The notes: generated by a model not told the origin, from the letters alone. Shown: positions 28,001-41,083, counted from the whole stretch's first letter. The stretch is 61,997 nucleotides of DNA, filler included, from Choristocarpus tenellus KU-1152 (GCA_964200185.2; 12 parts of 12 records of this genome joined end to end with filler, not necessarily neighbours in it), one strand, 5' to 3'. A program made the numbers and translations.

Positions 28001-29955
28001 GTTGCTAGTAGTACAGGCAAAGTGTACACAAATAAACTCACACCCAGAACTATCTTTTCAACAGTGAAAAAAAAACATGTAACACTCCATGATCTTCTTT
28101 TACTTACCACCCGTACCTACATTACCATTCCTACCTCAACACAAAAAATACGTATTTAACCCAAAATTCATCGAATGCCCTAAAACTCGATCTCTAAACT
28201 ATTCTTGTATCCAACTGCCAACAGCCAACAGTAACATCCATTATATCTGTCTTTGGCAAGGGACAGATCGAGACAATGAACAATAAACTCACGATTCTTT
28301 GCCCAATCATATTTATCAAGGCTATTCAATAGGCAATGGCAGCTAACATGAGCAGGGACACAAAAACTCTTGCACATCTTCCATCCCAAAGGCGCACCTA
28401 CAGAAATGTATCGCCTTCCATGGCACCTTGCCTCCCCCAAAAGAAAGGAAAGTCTCACCTGCACTCCCACAGCTATCCTACAAAAGCAACATACTCACCA
28501 AAACAAGGTGCACCATTCACACCCCACATTGTTTCAATCTCCGAAGTGACTAAATTAAATACCTTCAATCAATCGAAATCTTCACAACCTATAGAATGTT
28601 CTCTTGTCAAAATTATGCACTCACAGCAGTGAGCTCGCTCATAGGGAATATCTTGGACTGGGAGCGGAAGAGTTTTTTCTCCGGGTTGACAAGCTCAATC
28701 GTGTCGCCACGCACAAACAGCCGCCGTATCTCTGATTTACCAGCCCAATTTTTCTTTCGGACTTTAACCTGTGCAGTATAATCATTATTTGTTCACCAAA
28801 ACATAGATCTTAATTATTTTCACTATTGAGACAGGGAAGTCCAACAAAAGATACCTACTTTCTAGATTTCTGCATCCCTTCCACCTTGCTCGCTCACTAC
28901 TATCGATATGAAACCAAAGGAGACATAGGAAGAACAGCTACATGCTTGAGACAATATTCTTCTGAAGGGCAGAGTGATGTAGAGGGGACTAGGGCCGAAA
29001 GTCCTTGTGGCAAAACAGATCGAGCTCCGCCAAGGTCCTGATAAGGACAGTAGCTTTTTTTCACTCAAAAATGCTTATCCTGAATGCACAATACATAAAG
29101 TCCACAGGATCTAAATAATATAAGACGCATTAAAGGTCTCCCTCCCTTTTTAAAAACTTTGCTGTGCTGAAGATGGAGAATAGAGGAAATCACTTTAACA
29201 ATGTTGAGTACTTTTTTCAACTTGCAAACTGAAGATGTCTCCACCAACTAAAGACCACTAATAAGAAGTGCTACGCCATGTGTTTATCCCCTCACAACAA
29301 TAACAGTAAGACAAAAAAAGGTCATCAAAGCAAGTGATTAGTTACCAACCCAGACACTGCCACTCATGTTTTATCCACTGACCCCTTTCTCAAGGTTCGG
29401 GGGGTACGGTTCCGGCTCCATCTCCGTGTCCTCCTCCAAAACAGGCATCACCTCAAGATTTTGATCCTTGGGAATGATTAGAAAGAGAACGGGGGAGGAG
29501 TAGGGGTTCAACTTCATAGTGCATCTGCCTGTTGGAGGGGGGACGGCCAAAAGAGTGCCATTGGGAGAGTTCGAACAAAATTCTTCAAGTGCACGATTGT
29601 GTTCAAATTCAAGTTCAGAAAGGTGCTGGATGAGAAGGGGGTTTGGATATTACAAACCCTGTATGCCTCTCTAAAATAACCTGACTTACTCATTTTCTCT
29701 GGGAGGAGGATGGATGAATTTGAAAGACGCAAGAATCGTGATACCTTACTCAAAGGTGCCAGTTTCCAACATATCAGAACATAATCCAACTTTTTACAGA
29801 CCCGTCAACTCTTCGACCTGTCCGGTTCCGTTGGACGCCAAGGGAAGACTGTTGCTTCGCAGAAACTTCCAAGACTTGTTTAGAGACGCCCGGTTTCCGC
29901 TCGACCCTGAATCTGGCGACGATCCTGGCGTGCCAGCAGCGTTGGGGTGCTGGGG
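22021..29955 (-). CDS. Large multi-exon gene with a PH-like domain and acidic low-complexity regions (partial)
   Basis: Phase-consistent exons 28768-28625 (VKVRKKNWAGKSEIRRLFVRGDTIELVNPEKK...KIFPMSELTA), 27327-27128 (VVAHGERSLSLSLGSKDLYLTTADRATTEYLWEHLRKK...), 26320-26076, 25449-25217 and 23030-22878. Further probable exons near 29800-29955, 29390-29465, 28945-29038 and 22021-22118. Confidence 0.7.
23585..23690. repeat. (AAT)n/(ACA)n low-complexity tract
   Basis: Direct inspection. Confidence 0.85.
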
Positions 29956-30099
29956 GCTGCCGGGAGTTCAATGAGGGATGTATTTTTAGGAGGGGTTGGN
30001 NNNNNNNNNNNNNNNNNNNNNNNNNNNNNNNNNNNNNNNNNNNTTAATTAATTAANNNNNNNNNNNNNNNNNNNNNNNNNNNNNNNNNNNNNNNNNNNN

Positions 30100-30177
30100 T
30101 AAATGCACTTTTCCCGATTTTGGTCCAAATGGACACCCTCGTGTAGATCCCCCCCACCCCCCCAGATACTTTGGGTC
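30100..30177. mobile_element. Family C end at contig start
   Basis: CCAAATGGACACCC...CCCCCAGATACTTTGGGTC. Confidence 0.8.
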
Positions 30178-30179
30178 TA

Positions 30180-31230
30180 ACCTATGGCGATTGTTGTTCA
30201 ATGGATATAATATCCTGCCTTTGTGTTCGTCACTGCTGTTGAGGGTTACGCCTTCATAGTATTTGACGATTTCCAGGAATTTTGTACCCTCCTCGACATC
30301 CTCCCTCAACACGAGGTCCCTCTTCACGTGTGGATGTTAGGGGGTTGCATTAATGTGCGCTACCAGGGCGTTTAGTAAGATGTGTCTTCATACAAAACTG
30401 AAATACGGTAGAGAGATGAGACGGTTAACCTCGCACTGAGTCGATTACCTTGTCGCTGAAGATGATTGTTTTTTTGGAGGACCCTCTTCTGAAGACCCTG
30501 CTGAGGAGTCACTGGCGTTGGGGTCTATCCCGAGCTCGTCACCTTTCCTTTTTATGTCCTTTATGACTTGCACGGCGACCTCCAGGATAGCCCCCTTGAT
30601 GAGGATATTCTTGGTGTGCATACGTCTGCTGTATGCCAGTCTGACATTTGAGGGTTGAGATGCCCACTCCTCCTCCACCTGGGCGGCAGACGCAGGGTCT
30701 GGATCGCTGACCCCTGGTGTGTTCTTCTTCCCATTTCCTCTTGTCTTCTTCTTTCCTTTGTCCTGGTCGGCAGGGGGCCGTTTTTTCCGGACGCCCCTCT
30801 AGAGTGTGGGAGAATTGTCATGGAGAAGCACGTGGGTAGCGGAAAAGTAAGTCACATGCATGACATGGGTGTCTGCCTCGCGAGGCACGAACTAGACGGT
30901 ACGCATTGCTGCTGTTGCAAGGTCAGTGGGGGGTTAAATGCATATACATCCATACGTTTACTTTTATCGTCATGATCAAAGATTGACCTATCCATTCCAA
31001 TGGAAATGTCTCCGTCCCGACAACATATGTCAACGCGAGCGCATCAATAGGGAGTGTATTGGCTTCCTTCTCTGAGAAGACTTGCGCAGCCACTTCCACA
31101 ATGTCGCACCAGCGATGGCCTTGGGGGGTCTCCCCTCTGAGGATGGGTAGTCCGACTCCAGCGAGGACGTCAGAGCACATCCTTCCGAAATATTGCTCCT
31201 TGACCTCGTTTGTGAGCTACATATGCATCA
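30180..31230 (-). CDS. Exon-like coding segments of unknown, probably transposon-derived protein
   Basis: Open GC-richer segments 31230-30962 (ends IK|GT), 30797-30447 (basic NLS-like stretch, ends R|GTAAT) and 30327-30180, the last truncated by a family C end. Confidence 0.4.
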
Positions 31231-31617
31231 AGTGTGGGATGGTGTGTCGTTATGAGAATGGTAAAGAACGAGCTTTGAGGGTGTGGATGATTTATGACTA
31301 ACAGTGCATCGATCAGAGAAGGGTTGCCAGCGGGTGCACATAGCACCCTATGAGCTTAGCTTCTTTGGAAACTGATGGCCTTTACCGTTCGACAAAACAC
31401 ATCAAATTCCTTCATTATTTGCGTGCCCTATGTCAATTGTGGCATCGTGTGGGGACAACATAGTTGGGAATGTTTAACCCACCTTCAACCTGTACGCGTG
31501 TGTGAACCCCGCGCAGTTCTTGAGGGATTCGATGGCAATGTCCGGGTTAGCGTACCACGGGACAGTGAACATATGAACCGCTCTAAAGTCGAATTTGTCC
31601 TAGTAAGTTGCGCGTTG

Positions 31618-31885
31618 GAGCCAAAGTATCTTAGAGGGTAGAGTCGCGTCCATTAGGGGGCCAGAATCCAATGTTCGATTTCGATGAAATTTTGTCGATC
31701 GTGTTTGTTACTTTTTTGTAGGAAGTGTCAATATCCATGTTTCGGGCACACCTCTTAGCAACATACACATTTTACCGACTCCTAAACATTTTGGAGTAAG
31801 AAAATGTCATAAAAGATCTCATGGGAAGCCAAGCCACAAATGGACAAAAAGGGCAAAACTCATACCCTCTAAGATACTTTCATTC
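31618..31885. mobile_element. Family D MITE
   Basis: GAGCCAAAGTATCTTAGAGGGTA ... TACCCTCTAAGATACTTTCATTC; no intact TSD. Confidence 0.9.
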
Positions 31886-32714
31886 GAATATGTTGTTGTC
31901 AACCAGATACCCACGGGTTGGGCCGACTCTAACTGATCCCTAATATGGACTCTCCTCTGCATGGCACATCTTGCTTGCCAAGTTGTGCCTTGTCTGTCCA
32001 CGTTACAGGTTCCAGCCCTGATTTTCATGCTTGTGCTTGTGCAAGTCATGAGTGGCTCCTGGGTGAACCTTTTGCTGACTCTATCTTCCACCGACTCTAG
32101 CCAGGAGCACAGTTGTACCTGATCTTCAGTTTCACACAACTGCCCGCTACCTTGCATTGATGTGTTCTAATGTAATGCTAAATATTTCACTAATTTACAA
32201 TGAGAGCACCGTAGCGTAGCAGCTGTGTACAACTGCAATACTCTATGACATGCCCAACCTGGAAATGAGCAATGAATAGACTGAGACAAGAAAAACGTAG
32301 ACTGAAATAAAAGGGAAGGGAAAACTCAGACTAGCTTGAAGGGGCAGGCAAGACCCAGACACTTTTCACTACCACCCAGTTACTGGGACAGAGCATCATT
32401 GGTGGCACAGGCATCACCAATCACCTACTGGGAGACAAAAAAGTGTCCTTACCCAGTCCATCCATCTGGATACCACGCATAACATTTGCAAGAGTGAAGC
32501 ACACAGAAACCTGACAAAATTAATAATGAGAAAACAGAAACTGTCAATATTTAACAGCTGGAGTAGTGAGTGTGCCTCCACCCTCATCTTCTTATGCTGT
32601 TGCATGATGAACTTGATCTATTATGACTTCTTTGGCATGCAATGTGTCCATGAAATACTTGGGTTCCATGAATCGCATATACGTAGCAATTGTGTCAGTT
32701 TTCTGTCCTTGTAT

Positions 32715-33215
32715 ACAACCCTTCGAATGCAGTCCTAAACTTTTCAAGATCATCTTGCAGACACACTCATCGGTGCTTCTCCTGTCCATCCTGCCTCTGT
32801 TTTGCAACTGCAAATTCCCTAAGCAGTAAAACCTTTCGTAGTCTATATCCCACAGCGATATAACATAGGCTCAAGTGCTTCAGGTTTGAGGAGTTGGGTC
32901 TTAAGCTCAAGCGACGCACACATGAATGTCATAGAGCACTTCACTGTTACTGTGAAAGCGACCCCGTGCTTGTTGGGTTCGTTGACTGACCTCAATGAAG
33001 ATACTAGAGTCCTTGCTGGTGGCGTCTCCAAGGTAGACAGACTTACTTGTCTGCTTATAGCTCTAGCACAAAGCCCTGGTTTGCGTTGTGTCTACTGCCG
33101 GTTTGGGAAGCTGAATAAGCATGGTTTCTATCTTTAGAATGGACACAGCCAGCTCAAGTGCTCTAGCCATCTTCAACATATTCACTGCCATCTTTCGGGC
33201 CAAGCTTCCTGGGTC
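32715..33215 (-). pseudogene. RTE-clade LINE reverse transcriptase C-terminal fragment
   Basis: PGSLARKMAVNMLKMARALELAVSILKIETMLI...SYKQTSKSVYLGDATSKDSSIFIEVSQRTQQARGRF...LYD, frameshift, ASLELKTQLLKPEALEPMLYRCG, then GQEKHRxVCLQDDLEKF. This follows the RTE motif order (GLxVSxxKTExM, FxYLG, LLYGC). Confidence 0.8.
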
Positions 33216-33241
33216 TTATTCCATGGGTATGATACTTTTTT

Positions 33242-33301
33242 GGGTCAAACTATCTGGGAGGGGGTGGCGGCTGTCCATTTGGGGTCAATTTTTTCATAGA
33301 T
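33242..33301. mobile_element. Family C end at contig break
   Basis: GGGTCAAACTATCTGGGAGGGGG...GTCCATTTGGGG. Confidence 0.8.
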
Positions 33302-33401
33302 NNNNNNNNNNNNNNNNNNNNNNNNNNNNNNNNNNNNNNNNNNNNTTAATTAATTAANNNNNNNNNNNNNNNNNNNNNNNNNNNNNNNNNNNNNNNNNNN
33401 N

Positions 33402-33579
33402 ACGCAAAAATCGGGAAATTAAAAAAGTGGCCCAAAAAGGACAGCCACCCCCCCCCCCCAGATACTTGAACCCTTACGTTATCCATCCGACACATGCAAC
33501 CAAATCACCCCAAAATTGCGACATGGAAAAATGGACCCGAAATGGACAGCCACTCCCCCCCCCCCAGATACTTTGAGCC
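33402..33579. mobile_element. Two nested or tandem family C ends
   Basis: CCCCAGATACTTGAACCC (~33457-33473) and CCCCAGATACTTTGAGCC (ends 33579). Confidence 0.8.
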
Positions 33580-34773
33580 TATTACTATTAATACTATTTT
33601 ATTTATATTTATTGGTGCTTGTTTTTTGTGACTTGTATGTCTTGGCCGGATCTCATGGTTTCCACATACCGTAATCCTTTACATAGGTTGACCATCTAGT
33701 TTAGACAAATCGTTTGTGTGTCATTTTGTCATAGATGTGTATAGTCTATTGTTTTGTGAAGATATGAGATAGCTGATAACAGATGTCAGTTAACCTGTTC
33801 ACAACCAGCTCTGACTCGGCATATTGTGGCTACCAGGTTTATCAATCCTTGCAAATAGGCTATACATATATGTTGGCCGATTTGGATAAATTAACAATAT
33901 AACAAATTTAATCTCTCAACTCTCCTCGTTTGCATGAGTGGACACATGTGGTCGTGAAGAGACCATATCACCAGGCACATTAGCACTTGTGTGCTAGAGG
34001 TGGCTGTTCATTACATCATGTCACGTTTTTATGAATTGGATTTATTGATCATCATGAAATGACTAACCCCATTAAAAAAGAAGAAGATTAAAGTCTACCA
34101 ATACGTAAGAGATGGAGACTTCAGGTGAGCCATACATGTTATTTATTTTATTTTTTCGAGTGGCATGATCGCCCCGACATGATGTAATGACTGTACAGTC
34201 ACCTCGTATGTTTTTGGAGAGTTGAGCTGCCAACATCGTACGTCTGAGTTGTCCACTTGGAATATTGTAGTTGTTTTGACAATATTCCAATCCATGTCAG
34301 AATTGAGGAAGGAGAGTGGGTGCACACATTTGATCTCGTCGTTTGCTGTGTTGATTTTGATCATGTAACACGCGATGTTGTTTTCACACATCAGAGTGGT
34401 GATCAAATCATAACATAACAGCCGTATAGCAATGTCAAATCACAAACACTATTCAAACCATTTATTGACATCGTATAGCGTTTGCTCCTCGTATCCCCAT
34501 TCCGAGTATCCTCTGTTTTATACAAGATAAATAGACACCTATATGCTGGCCACATATACGTCTCGTCTCGTCCTTAGGCTGATTGATATGCTGATCCCAT
34601 ACTCTCAGACCTCGTAAACTTGATTGGTGTGCTGACCACACACCACCAACCTTAGGCAAATGATATCCTGACCAGATATTCATTAATAATACCTAGTTTA
34701 TATATCACACTCCATTTTGTATTAATGGAGTTGTGTAATACAATGGTGCTGCAATACTATACTAACAGTCACA

Positions 34774-34835
34774 GGGCCAAAGTATCTGTGGGGGGGGGTG
34801 GGGTCTGCACTGGGGCGTCCATTTGGGCCCTTGCC
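34774..34835. mobile_element. Unpaired family C-type TIR, candidate 3' terminus of the Sola2 element
   Basis: GGGCCAAAGTATCTGTGGGGGG...GTCCATTTGGGCC facing inward toward the transposase; no partner end nearby. Confidence 0.6.
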
Positions 34836-35999
34836 AAGTGTTGGAAAAATGGTATGAAAGTGTTAGTATAATGGCATATTTTAGTGTCTTTAGTCGTGTA
34901 GTGTTGGTCTTGGTTCAATGAAATATGGTATACTGTGCACTTAGGCTATGTTCTTGGCCCTTAGATTTGGATGGGACTGTGCGACAATATTGTGAAAATA
35001 GCCTTTTTGTAGGTGAATTTCTGGATTCGGCTGTTTGAGTGTTGCTTTGTGGTGAAGTGTGGATACTATAGAGGTTATCTCTTGTAGGTTTATCGCCTTG
35101 ATAGAGTTGGATTGTGTTTTGAAGTACGGGAGAGTATGTCATATGCAGCATAAGCAATATCTGTTTGTCAGTTGACCTTGGGGCCTTGTCAATATCTGAG
35201 GGCGTGAAAGGAGACTGCTTGTGCGCTTTATTTAGTAGGGGATACGAGTGGATGAGTTATTTTCAGGTATATATTTGCATCTGTATATTTTAGAGGGTAT
35301 ATAATCATGTCCTTTATGAAGTACAGAATGTCATATCAATATCGTTAAGTGCCACCATATCCAGGAGAGACAAATGCGCGGTCGTTGTTGATTGTGTCCA
35401 TCAATAGGGTACAAGGGTCTCTCCATAAAAAAGGTCACACTACAGGAGGATGCGACAAATTCATTCTGTTGTGATGTTTGTATATTTGTCATGTGAGAAC
35501 ATATCTACTTTTTTTTAACAAACATTGAGAGGCAAATTTTAAATTCCGATGCCAAAATTCTAAGAATATATCTCAAAATACACTATGGGTTATACCAGTA
35601 GTCGAGAGGAAATAATTGAACAAGATTCAGATTCTAAAAGTCAATGGTAAATCAAGAAAATAACCTAAGGTTAGGCAGCACATGTATATAGAAAAGGAAC
35701 AACATAGATGTAACACAGAATGAAATAAATGAAAAAATGAACCGCCTCAACAAAGTCCGACCTCAAATATGATAGGACAGGATGTCCACGAGAAGCACGA
35801 TGTACTGGATGGATGAAGGGAGGGGGTGATATACGACTACGAATTACAGAAGATTGTAGCGTGTCCGACGCATTACAACCTTCCATATTACGGTAATGTA
35901 GGACTGGTCCAGAACCAGGACCTTGGCTCCACGTTAGGCTCCGTACTCTATCGTTGTTCAAGAAGCTGGATATTTGGCACCTCACCATTCTCCCATTTC

Positions 36000-38900
36000 A
36001 CTTCATAGGGATAGCTGACTCGCCCCTCTCCCACTGACTCCGTGTGTCGGGGGTGTTATTTGGTGACGGTCCTTCGCATCCACTGATCGTCCATTCGAAA
36101 GTACGTCCCCTGCCCTTAGCTCTTGAATAAAGTGTCCTTTCCCCATCCAAATCCTGCACAACCCTCAGTGACAGTTCCAGGAGGATGTATGTCTCGGTAT
36201 CCTTCTCCTCCTCTCTACGGCTCACCTGGTTAATCTTCCGTACACGGCGTTGGTTGGCACGCTGGGCTGCATCCTCATCGCGGTCCCTCCTCTCCTCCTC
36301 CCATAGTTATTCGACCCCCTCCTCGATCTCGTCCTCTGTCATGAACGACCTCAACCCAGGTGGCAAGGAGGTCTCGCCTTGCTCACCTTGGTAACACACA
36401 GAGTAAATACATGCCTCAGAATCGTCTATGTCAACGTCACAGACCTGCCCATGAACGATAGCATCCCCACTCCCGCATAGGATGAAAGTGGTGCCTAGAC
36501 CGAACTTGGCATTGGATGTGTCTCCACGTCTGCGTTGTCTTGAGAAGCCAACAGGTATCCCGCCGAGAGATTGTCGATTGGATTCCGCAATGAATCTCTG
36601 GTATTGACCAGGGAGGAAGGTGTACGTATCGTCGAGGTTGTTACGACGAAGGTGTGTGAAGTCAGGTTGGAGGATAGCCTGCAGGGGGACGACACGGGGA
36701 CCCGGTTGAGCGGTCTACAGAGCCACCACGATTTTTCGTGTTGATTGTGTTAGGGCAACCAGTAAGACCGTGAAGACCATCGTGTGTGAGACAGCAGTGT
36801 TCGTAGTGGAGAGGTGTTTGGTGGGGTGTGGTTTGATGGTTGTAGTAAGAAACAAAGGACAAACAAAGTGTAAACTTGTAGGGAAAAAAAACACACACAG
36901 AATAATTCCATTAGAATATATATTTTGTAAAATTCTTTGAACAGATGTGATTGTGTTTGAAAATTGTACGAGTTTTCGTTTGTACAACAACATAAAAATA
37001 TTTTGTAAAATCTAACATAACTCAGTTGATCTGTATGTGAGAGGCGAACCGTCAGCACTCCATCGACGAAACTGGCAGTCAACATCTCGAAGTCTTCCCT
37101 GACAAACACCACCTCATCGCCAGCACTGAACATTCTCCGTAGCTGGAATGGTCCCTGGCGTTCCATTTCACGGTCTCCTTCTCGTGTACAGTGAACGGCA
37201 GGAACTCCAACCCATTGTATTCCGATGACTCCGTCCGCACAATGCATACATTCCCCACTGCGAGCTGCCTCTTCTTCCTAGAGAGATGGCTCCTAAGGTA
37301 CATATCACCCACGTTGTCCTCGGGGGAAAATCCGAGGTAGATCTCCTTCGATATAGGCACATGAGTGCCCTGCTACTTGCAGCTCGCGACATGGCCAAAG
37401 GAACAGCTGGTTCATAGCACGACTTCTCGGAGTACATGGCCTTAGAGGAGTTACTGTTGGCACGTGGACTGGTGAAGAACTTGTGCATGGACTTGATGTC
37501 GCTGAACTGGGGGACGCGGTGATCGTATCGTCTCTTCCAATCGATCTTGTAAGCCGAGAGGTGAATGATCTCCTGCCTTCTGATGGTATCATTTCGGAGC
37601 AATTTAGGGAATGTCTTGCTATGTACTCTGCAGTTGCTGTCCACCCAGTCCTAAGGGGTATGGTGTTGTCGTGTGGCAGAAAGCTAGAGGTATATTTCTC
37701 CTCTCTGTGTTGAGTACGAGGACATAATATTGTGAATGATCGAATGGGAGAAAATATTGTTGAATATAGTGAAGGATTTTTTTTTCGTGGTGATACTGAT
37801 GTAGACGGCGATAGAAATTCCGCGACGACATGTCTTGTTTCGAGTGTTTCCGACGTTAGACGCAGGAACACGCAGGATTGGATGTTGGAAGATAGGTGCT
37901 GAAAATCCTCATGTGCTGGTTGGTGGAGAACTGCGTATCAGTCAATTTGTCATTTGCGTTTTTCCTGTTTGTTAAGGCGAGGTGTAACCGTTATTACTAC
38001 GTACGATTCAAGATTTTGGAGTTGTTGAGTGTAGGGATGTACCAAGAAATGTCGATATTATTGAAGATATAGGTAGGGGAAAAAGTCAGTATGTGACGAG
38101 TGTATGGATGGGGTGGTACCGACCTTGGTGACCGCAGTCTGTCTTGGAGGAACCTTGTGGTCCCTATGGAGGCACCCCTCTTCCTCTGGAGTTGGATCCC
38201 TCAACGTGTACCGTGTCTTCGTCACCTTGATAGTCTCCACCAAGGGTGGTTCCCGGCATCCGCACCCTGTTTAGCTCAAGTCTCCTGGTGGCTGACTTCA
38301 CCACAGCTCCGACTCCATCTGACATGTATTTTCCGTGGCACGACGAGAAGAAGTTGTGTTCTACTGTGATCTCCATCCTTGCAATCGGTTGGGAAACCCA
38401 CCACATCTGCCACCGGTTTTTGAATTGCCTTCGACAGCCATCAGACCAGATATGGAGGACGTCCAGGCCTTGCAGATGTGTTACGGGGAAACCAATGAAA
38501 ACTATACACATGTCAGTATAAGTCCTAAAGAATGAAAGTATCTTAGAGGGTACGAGTTTTGCCCTGTTTGTCTGTTGTTTGGAGCTTGGCTTCCCACGGG
38601 TTTTTATGACATTTTTCCTACTCCAAAACATTTCGGAGTCAGTGTAATGTGTACGTTTTGGAATAGTTACCATGTGTATGTCCAGACCAAGGATATTGGC
38701 ACTTTCAAACAAACATGATAGCCAAAATTACATCAAAATCGCAACATTGACTTTTGGTTCCCAAATGGACGCGGCTCTACCCTTTAAGATACTTTGACTC
38801 AAAGAAATAAATTGTCATAAATGTGAAAGACACTAATCTATTTGTTACTTCACCACTATCTATGTTGTACTACTGCCTTCCTGTGTCTCCAATCTACCTC

Positions 38901-39015
38901 TACCTGTACCCTGGGGGGAGGAGCTAGGGAGGCATCCCAAGAATCGAATAAATCCCTCGGTGCCCATCTCTTATAATACTGTTATTACTATGTGCCATAT
39001 ACCGTTATACTGGTT
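36000..39015 (-). pseudogene. Sola2-type DDD transposase with spliceosomal introns, decayed
   Basis: HIWSDGCRRQFKN and HNFFSSCHGKYMSDGVGAVVK (38468-38290) match the Sola2 SDG..QxKN / FFxxxHGKxxxDGxG..K core. Upstream exon ~39015-38904 joins in phase 1. Downstream exon from 37650 reads ...DIKSMHKF...SCYEPA. Further decayed ORF pieces run to ~36000. Confidence 0.8.
38530..38800. mobile_element. Family D MITE inside the transposase intron
   Basis: GAATGAAAGTATCTTAGAGGG...CCTTTAAGATACTTTGACTC, within intron 38469-38903. Confidence 0.9.
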
Positions 39016-39778
39016 GAGGTTCCTTGTCAGGAATCCCGGATTCCAGCTGAGGATCTTTCGTGAGACTGAATCCATGGAATCTCTTCAACATACCAGAACC
39101 ACAGAGAAGAGATCTCTCTTCATTCAGAGTGGTCAAGCATCAAATATTCTCTTTGTTTCATTTTTCATGAGATTCTCATCTCTCTGGAATTCTCTGCAGT
39201 TACGGTTAGGGTTAGGGCCTGGTGATTCTCTTCACCACCCTTGACTGAGTGAACAACGCCACTACAGAATCTTACGATTCACGTATCTCACAGATTTCCT
39301 ATTCCATAATATATAGTGGGAAAACTCGAAAATGTAGCGAAATAAAACCCCATGTATAATTTCAAGGAAAACAATCCATCCTTCAAATTAATATCCGTCG
39401 TGTATACTGGACTATCTCTAAAAAAAGCTCAACGTCAATAATTGCTGTCTAATCCTAACGAATGTGTGAAAAGGTTCGTGGTATATTTGTAAGTTTGTCT
39501 TGTGGAGAGGAGAAATGTTGTGTTGGGAGTGACGACGGCGAAAAAATGAAAAATATGGCTCTCATTCCCACTTCCAAAATGACTGGACATGCCAACCGCC
39601 TGACCCAGTGAAAACTCCTGAAATTTTGTCTTGGGTTGATTATTATTGTATAAAAAATGTCATTCTAGTTTGAAGAAAGTGAGAAAGTAATTTTGAAAAA
39701 TAAAAAAGGTCTTTGTAGAACTACAACAACAATCCCCTCATCCCCTCTGGAACGCTTGCCCTGCCTTCTGCTCTCTGG

Positions 39779-40440
39779 TTAAAAGTCAAAGCGCTTCCAT
39801 GGTAGCTGCGTCCTGGTTGACGATGTATTCCATTTCGCTCTCCGCATGCAGAACCTTCTGCCCACGCTGGAACAGTCTTGGATGGGCTGGTGTGCAACGT
39901 CCCGTTTTGAAGTCGTTAACCCGATGCGATATGTCAACAAGCAACATTGGGAAAAATGAGGTATGACACTCACCAATTTCGGGTTCTGTCTCTGTTTACA
40001 TATTTTCCTGCTAAAGTCATCACTCGGGCGCAAGTGCTGGTCTTGGAATCTGCCCAACACTTCCAGCGTTCTGACTTGACAGGAGCCTGTTACCCCAGAC
40101 TTCACGACTCCTGTCGACGTGGCCAATATCAAGTTGACCAAGCCTAAGAGGGGTCCAGTAAGGTTAGTGATTTCTCGTAAGAACTGAAGTTTAGCTCGAT
40201 CTAGCCTTATGGTCTCTTTGATAAGTGTTTCTGATAGTCCCTCCTGCTGGAAATAAAAGTGTGTCTTCACCGCCTCATTGATGACACAGGCGATGCCAGG
40301 GGCAAATCCTTTAAATTTCCAAATCCAATGAGGTTCTCTCTTTCTCCTATCTGTTTTCACCGCAGCTTGACACTTCTCGAGGTTGTTTTTCTCTACTTCC
40401 AACTTGTTCGCAAAAAGGCAGTGCCGGAATTCTCGAGAAA
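39779..40440 (-). CDS. Unknown ORF (~200 codons, probable frameshift near 39985)
   Basis: Long, non-repetitive, protein-like ORF; no motif recognised. Confidence 0.3.
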
Positions 40441-41083
40441 CTGACCCAAGACCCCCACCATTACCAAGTGGGCCCTCCCGCTTGATATTCAGGCACTATC
40501 AATTCACAACGGATTTTCACAACGTCTATTAGTTATTTTTCGCCAGGTTATTTCGATTTTTCTCGTCGCTTGGGAATCTATATAATTGACCACGGAGAAC
40601 ATGCCTTGATAGCTACGACGCAAAGGAGGACTCTTACCAAGAGTCTAGAACGGTGTCCTAATCAGCAAGGGCAGCACAGAGTAATCATGGTTCGAGAATA
40701 TTCGACTGGCCCCGGTGAACTCATACTGTACATTGATCGTGACTATGTTTTTTTGTCCTATCCTCACTGTGAACGAGATTCATGCACACTTCGATAGCTA
40801 CCTTCTGCTTTAGTATATGATACTACGTAATATTTATTTCTGGTGTGGTGATTTCCGTGGATATAATTCATATGATTGAAAGAAAGTGGGGAGTACAATA
40901 GATGGTGAGGTAGGTAACTACTAACAGGAGGCCCTTCTACAGCACAATTTTGCACTTGCTTAACAATTCCAGAATTGAGTCAATTGCTGCAAGAGTTGAA
41001 GTTTCGTGTTCTGTGCCATAGTTGAGCTAAGACCCCTCCCCTGTCCTCACCGCCATAACTTCACTACGACACCTTATGTTCAG

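Noticed and set aside
24944-33087. 17-bp inverted match AAAGCCCTGGTTTGCGT between two contigs
   Set aside because: No flanking similarity; compatible with chance in a window this size.
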